DNA from: Myxococcota bacterium
Lineage (GTDB): Bacteria > Myxococcota_A > UBA796 > SXON01
DNA length: 64,000 nt
Assembly: GCA_040386535.1 (NCBI GenBank)
Contig: JAZKFH010000012.1
Location: 50,371 to 114,370 of the forward strand
Direction of reading: 5' to 3'
The position numbers were made by a program, and so were the translations under genes. Below the pieces are notes generated by a model. The model saw only the letters and a list, made by a program, of their open reading frames with translations, was not told where the DNA came from and ran no database searches. This document shows positions 59,390 to 64,000 of the stretch, in pieces (positions within the stretch are counted from its first letter, which is position 1; each line of letters begins with the position of its first letter).

Positions 59390-60856
59390 CTACCCGACCT
59401 CCAACGTCTCCCGCTTGCGCGCGCGCCACACGCACACCCGGTTCCGCCCGGCACGTTTCGCCCGGTACAGCGCCCCGTCGGCGCGCTCCATCAGGGACGC
59501 GGCGCGCTCGATGGGGTCCTCGCCGTGCTTGAAGAGGGCGCCCGGCAGGCTCGCGACCCCCACGCTGACGGTCACCTGGGGGTCCTGCGTGTGCAGGGCC
59601 ACGGCGGCGCGCACGCGCTCGGCCACGTCGGTCGCCGTCTCCTCGTCGGTGTGCGGCAGGAGCACGGCGAATTCTTCCCCGCCCACGCGCGCGACCACAT
59701 CGTTGTTCCGGGTGGCGGTCACCAGGAGCTCGGCGACCTTTCGGAGGACCTTGTCGCCGACCGCGTGCCCGTAGCGATCGTTCACGTTCTTGAAGTGGTC
59801 GACGTCGATCATGAGGAAGCTCGTGCCCACCACGGTCTCCTCGGGGCGGCTCCGGCGAACGATGTCGAACAGGTAGCGTCGGGAGTGCAGGCCCGTCAGC
59901 TCGTCCACGACGGCGATGTGCTCGAGCGCGGCGTAGATGCGCGCGTTGTCGAGGGCCAGCGCGGCCTGCACGGCGAAGATGCCGCCGCGTTGCTCCTCCA
60001 TCACGGTGAAGGCGGGCGCGTGGGCGTGCCGGAGCGCCACTAGGAGCCCGACGGACCGGTCACGCACCACGAGCGGGTAGACGATGACGCGGTCGAAACA
60101 GTGTCCGTCCTCGGCGCAGGCGCCCGCGCGATCGATGATCCTTCCGGACCACGGGAGACCGGCGGGAGGCGTGCCCTCGACCGGGGAGGTTTCGGCGAAC
60201 AGCCTGCGCGCGACGGCCACCGCCTCGCTCGCGTAGTCGCCCTGCCCCTGGATCTCCCAGGCCACCTCGCCGGTGGGGGGGGGGAGGAGCAGCACGGCGC
60301 ACGGACTGCGGAGCACGCGCCGGGCCATCTCGAGGACGTGCACGCGCAGATCCTCCGAGGAGAGCGAGGTGAGCAACGAGTGGCTCGCCTCGTAGAGCTC
60401 GACCGCGGTCTGCAGCTTGCGATGCTCCAGCGCACGCTCGAGCTGCAACTTGAGCTCGTCGAGGCGGATCGGCTTCTGCACGTAGTCCCAAGCGCCTCGC
60501 TTGAGGCACGTGATGGCCGAGTCGATCGAGGAGTAGCCGGTCGCGACGATGACCCCCATCGCGTCGTCGATCTCCTTGAGCGCGCACAAGGTGTCGATGC
60601 CGTCCATCCCGCCGTCCAGGCGCAGATCGGTGACGGCGAGGTCGAAGCGGCGGTTGCGGGCCAGCGCGGCGGCCTCCGCGCCGCTCGCGACGACCGCCAC
60701 GTCGTAGCCCTCGACGCGCAGGGCCGCGGCGAGCGCGTTGGCGTCCGCCTCGTCGTCATCGACCACCAGCACGGTGGCCCGCGCCGCGGCCGTTCCGACC
60801 GGCAGGCGCGGCACCGTCACCGGCGGACCCCCCGATCCGTCTTGTGACCACGCCAT
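59390..60856 (-). CDS. Diguanylate cyclase with REC and GAF-like domains
   Basis: VLVVDDD...TDL...K (REC); DVDHFKNVNDRYGH..GD, RNND I-site, GGEEF. Confidence 0.92.
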   Translation of the reverse strand: MAWSQDGSGGPPVTVPRLPVGTAAARATVLVVDDDEADANALAAALRVEGYDVAVVASGAEAAALARNRRFDLAVTDLRLDGGMDGIDTLCALKEIDDAMGVIVATGYSSIDSAITCLKRGAWDYVQKPIRLDELKLQLERALEHRKLQTAVELYEASHSLLTSLSSEDLRVHVLEMARRVLRSPCAVLLLPPPTGEVAWEIQGQGDYASEAVAVARRLFAETSPVEGTPPAGLPWSGRIIDRAGACAEDGHCFDRVIVYPLVVRDRSVGLLVALRHAHAPAFTVMEEQRGGIFAVQAALALDNARIYAALEHIAVVDELTGLHSRRYLFDIVRRSRPEETVVGTSFLMIDVDHFKNVNDRYGHAVGDKVLRKVAELLVTATRNNDVVARVGGEEFAVLLPHTDEETATDVAERVRAAVALHTQDPQVTVSVGVASLPGALFKHGEDPIERAASLMERADGALYRAKRAGRNRVCVWRARKRETLEVG

Positions 60857-60916
60857 CCCGGGCGAATCTTGGTCCAGGAGCGCGACCGGCAAGCGGGGGG
60901 CGAGCGCGCGTGAGAC

Positions 60917-60935
60917 GATATTGACAGTCACTTTC
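60917..60935 (+). promoter_or_regulatory. Fur-box-like operator overlapping a TTGACA -35 element upstream of feoAB
   Basis: GATATTGACAGTCACTTTC matches 14/19 of GATAATGATAATCATTATC; TTGACA at 60921-60926; AT-rich island in a GC-rich context. Confidence 0.7.
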
Positions 60936-60956
60936 AACACCGCTAGGAGTGGGCGG

Positions 60957-61205
60957 ATGAGCACCACCCTCGCCCACCTGCCCTTGCGTCGTCCCGCGCG
61001 AATCGCTTCGGTCGGGGGAGAGCGTGCGTTCCGCCGGCGCCTCCTGGAGCTCGGCTTCCTCCCTGGGGTGGAGGTGCAGCTGATCGGCGTGGCGCCCATG
61101 GGTGATCCGCTGGAGATCGAGGTCCGCGGGTGCCGCTTCTCGCTGCGGCGGGCCGAGGCGGACGCCATCGCCGTCACCGCCGCCGAGTCGATGGCGGCCA
61201 AGTGA
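60957..61205 (+). CDS. feoA: Ferrous iron transport protein A
   Basis: RRLLELGFLPG, APMGDPLEIEVRG..FSLRR.EA. Confidence 0.93.
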   Translation: MSTTLAHLPLRRPARIASVGGERAFRRRLLELGFLPGVEVQLIGVAPMGDPLEIEVRGCRFSLRRAEADAIAVTAAESMAAK

Positions 61206-63364
61206 GCGCGGCGCCGTCCCGCGCGGTCGCAGTGCCGCGCGTGGCCCTGGCGGGAAACCCGAACACCGGCAAGACGAGCCTGTTCAACCGCCTCACCGGG
61301 GCCAACGCGCGGGTCGGAAATTATCCGGGTGTGACCGTAGAAAGAGAGATCGGCCGGTGGACCCTGGCCGTGGGCCCGGTCGAGGTGATGGACGTCCCGG
61401 GGGCCTACTCCCTCGCCTCCCGGTCCTCCGAGGAGCAGGTCGCCATGCGGGCGCTGTTCGGGCTCGACGGGGACGTGCGGCCGAGCGCCGCCATCCTCGT
61501 GGTCGACGCCACGCAGCTCGTCCGCAACCTCTACTTCGCGCTCCAGCTCATCGAGGCCGGCGTGCCGGTGGTCATCGCGCTGAACCTCATGGACATCGCG
61601 CGCGGCCAGGGCATCGCGCCCGATCCCGTGCGGATCTCCGAGGCGCTCGGCGTCCCGGTGGTCGGGGTCAGCGCCAACACGGGGGAGGGGATGGACGCGC
61701 TCGCCGCCGCCGTGTCCTCCGTCCTCGCGAAGCCCGACATCGGCCGCGCACGCGCGATGTGGCGCTACCCCTCGGCGGTCGAACGTGACCTGACGCGCCT
61801 GACCCCGCTCGTCGCCTCCGCGGATCCGCTCGAAGCCAAGGCCCTCGCGCTCTGGGCGCTGCTCTCCGTCGAGCCGGGCGACGAGCTCCTCGAGGTGCCC
61901 GCCAACGTACGCCGCGAGGTGGCGGCGGTGCGCGCGGCGGCCGAGGCCGCGGGCCGCGATCTCGACGCCGAGATCATCGGGGCCCGGTACCACTGGCTCG
62001 ACGGCCTGGGCCTCGCCCGCCCTCCGGGCACCGAGCGGACCTTCACCGACAAGGTCGACGCGTGGGTGCTCCACCCCGTGTTCGGGCTCGCGTCGTTCCT
62101 GCTCGTGATGGGCGCGCTGTTCCAGGCCCTCTTCGCCTGGAGCGACCCGTTCATCGGCGCGATCGAGAGCGCGTTCGCGTGGCTCGGGGATGCGACGCGG
62201 GACGTGGTGCCCCCGGGCCTCGTGGCCGACTTTCTCGTCGACGGGATGATCAACGGCTTCGGCTCGGTCCTCGTCTTCCTGCCTCAGATCCTCATGTTGT
62301 TCGCCATGCTCGGGTTCCTCGAGGACTCCGGGTACATGGCGCGCGTGGCCTACCTGGTCGACCGCGGCATGAAGGCCGTGGGTCTGCACGGGCGCGCCTT
62401 CGTCCCGATGTTGTCGGGCTACGCGTGCGCGGTGCCCGCGATCATGGCGACCCGCACGCTGGAGCGCCGTCGCGACCGCCTCCTCACGATGATGGTCGTG
62501 CCGCTGATGAGCTGCTCGGCGCGGCTCCCCATCTACACGCTCATCATCGCGGCGTTGTTCCCGATCGACGGCCGGTTCTTGTGGGTGTTCCCGGTGCAGG
62601 GCGCGATGATGGTCTTCATGTACGTGTTCAGCACGTTCATGGCGCTGGTCGCGGCAGGCGTGCTCGGGCGGACGCTGCTCCGCGGCCCGAAAGTGCCGTT
62701 GCTCCTCGAGTTGCCGCCCTACCGCCTGCCCCGCTTGAGCTCCGTGCTCCGCCAGATGTGGCTGCGCGCGAAGATGTTCGTCACCGAGGCCGGCACGGTC
62801 ATCCTCGGCTGCACCGTCGTGTTGTGGTTCCTGCTCGCCTTCCCCCGCGACGGCGTGTTGAGCCAGGACTACGACGCCTTGCGGGCCGGCGCCTCCGACG
62901 AGGTGGTCGCCACGCTGGACGCGCAGGAGCAGGGCGAGCGTCTGCGCCAGAGCTACGGCGGCCAGCTCGGCCAGCTCATCGAGCCGGTCATCGCGCCGCT
63001 CGGGTTCGACTGGAAGATCGGCATCGGCCTCGTGGGCGCCTTCGCCGCGCGCGAGGTGTTCGTGAGCACGATGGGCGTCGTGTACGGCATCGGCGCCGAC
63101 ACCGACGAGGAGAGCGCGCCCCTCCGCGACCGCATCCGGGCCGAGCGCAACGTGGACGGCACCGCCATCTACACGCCGCTCACGGGCCTCTCGTTGATGG
63201 TGTTCTTCGCGCTCTCGGCGCAGTGCATGAGCACGCTGGCCGTCGTGAAGCGGGAAAGCAGGAGCTGGCGGTGGCCGGTGTTCCTGTTCACGTACATGAC
63301 CGTCTTGGCGTGGGTGGTCAGCTTCATCGTCTACCAGGGTGGGCGGTTGCTCGGGTTCGAGTGA
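61202..63364 (+). CDS. feoB: Ferrous iron transport protein B
   Basis: GNPNTGKT, VGNYPGVTVE, DVPGAYSL, LEDSGYMAR, MSCSARLP, ELPPY. Confidence 0.96.
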   Translation: MSAAPSRAVAVPRVALAGNPNTGKTSLFNRLTGANARVGNYPGVTVEREIGRWTLAVGPVEVMDVPGAYSLASRSSEEQVAMRALFGLDGDVRPSAAILVVDATQLVRNLYFALQLIEAGVPVVIALNLMDIARGQGIAPDPVRISEALGVPVVGVSANTGEGMDALAAAVSSVLAKPDIGRARAMWRYPSAVERDLTRLTPLVASADPLEAKALALWALLSVEPGDELLEVPANVRREVAAVRAAAEAAGRDLDAEIIGARYHWLDGLGLARPPGTERTFTDKVDAWVLHPVFGLASFLLVMGALFQALFAWSDPFIGAIESAFAWLGDATRDVVPPGLVADFLVDGMINGFGSVLVFLPQILMLFAMLGFLEDSGYMARVAYLVDRGMKAVGLHGRAFVPMLSGYACAVPAIMATRTLERRRDRLLTMMVVPLMSCSARLPIYTLIIAALFPIDGRFLWVFPVQGAMMVFMYVFSTFMALVAAGVLGRTLLRGPKVPLLLELPPYRLPRLSSVLRQMWLRAKMFVTEAGTVILGCTVVLWFLLAFPRDGVLSQDYDALRAGASDEVVATLDAQEQGERLRQSYGGQLGQLIEPVIAPLGFDWKIGIGLVGAFAAREVFVSTMGVVYGIGADTDEESAPLRDRIRAERNVDGTAIYTPLTGLSLMVFFALSAQCMSTLAVVKRESRSWRWPVFLFTYMTVLAWVVSFIVYQGGRLLGFE

Positions 63365-63945
63365 GCTGTCGGAGTTCCGGAGACGGAGAATCAGGAAGGC
63401 AGGAATAGCTGTCGGAATTCCGGAGCCGGAGAAGCAGGAAGGCAGGAATAAAGGAAGGCTGGAAGGGAGAGAGGAACTTCGGGCTTTCTCCTGCTGCTTT
63501 TCTCTTTTCCTGGTTTCATCTCCTGCTTTCCTTGTTTCCTGCATTCCTGATCCTCCGGAATTCCGGCTCCGGATTTCTCTGCTCCTGCTTTCCTTGTTTC
63601 GTGCCTCCCTTCGGAATTCCGGAGCCGGAGAAGCAGGAAGGCAGGAATAGAGGAAGGCAGGAAGGGGGAGGAAATTCGGACTTTCTCCTCCTGCTTCTCT
63701 TGTTCCTGCCTTTCTCCTCCTCCTGCTTTCCTTGTTTCCTGAATTCCTGATTCTCCGGAATTCCGGTTCCGGAGCCGGAGAATCAGGAAGGCAGGAATAG
63801 AGGAAGGCAGGAAGGGGGAGAGGAAATTCGGATTTTCTCCTCCTGCTTCTCTTGTTCCTGCTTCTCTTGTTCCTGCTTTTCTCCTCCTGCTTTCCTTGTT
63901 TCCTGCATTCCTGATTCTCCGGAATTCCGGTTTTGGATCTTCATT
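63365..63945. repeat. Array of long imperfect hairpin repeats (purine-rich arm, pyrimidine-rich arm) delimited by CCGGAATTCCGG-type palindromes
   Basis: Units at about 63412-63566, 63611-63766 and 63768-63930, plus partial copies; shared GGAGCCGGAGAA.CAGGAAGGCAGGAATA...CCTGCTTTCCTTGTTTCCTG.ATTCCTGAT. Confidence 0.9.
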
Positions 63946-63946
63946 T

Positions 63947-64000
63947 CCTGCTCTCCTGCTCTCCTGCTCTCCTGCTCTCCTGCTCTCCTGCTCTCCTGCT
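63947..64000. repeat. 8-bp tandem repeat (CCTGCTCT)n running to the window end
   Basis: At least six perfect copies directly visible. Confidence 0.95.

Noticed and set aside
59390..63544. 1384-aa ORF read as a giant diguanylate cyclase
   Set aside because: The N-terminal ~900 aa is antisense to feoAB; the real gene starts near 60856
63365..64000. CRISPR array or coding ORFs in the terminal repeat region
   Set aside because: No constant repeat with unique spacers and no cas genes; the small ORFs are translations of low-complexity repeats

Overview
High-GC bacterial chromosomal segment, probably Myxococcota (inferred from a TIGR04552-like gene, Asp-Thr repeat lipoproteins and a PEGA protein). 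It is mostly housekeeping: a TCA cluster (3' end of a eukaryote-type citrate synthase, icd, sucCD, ndk), a maltodextrin-type ABC transporter with a fused binding protein/permease, wzt plus a glycosyltransferase, yggS-maf, large NAD-glutamate dehydrogenase, mfd, malQ, dcd, ferredoxin, a solitary rpsR, a complete caa3-type cytochrome c oxidase cluster, rlmD, a diguanylate cyclase and feoAB with a Fur-box-like site. I found no tRNA, rRNA, CRISPR array, transposase or prophage. The most unusual items are: (1) a VTC polyphosphate-polymerase / DUF4956 / HlyD adaptor / catalytically degenerate signal-peptidase operon, a candidate polyphosphate synthesis-and-export system; (2) an orphan contractile tail-tube gene with its own leader and terminator; (3) an array of long purine/pyrimidine hairpin repeats at the right end; (4) a 46-aa highly basic ORF missed by the ORF track; (5) an oxidase subunit IV-cytochrome c fusion with a downstream YtkA-like/di-heme module. 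All calls come from motif recognition by eye; no database searches were run.
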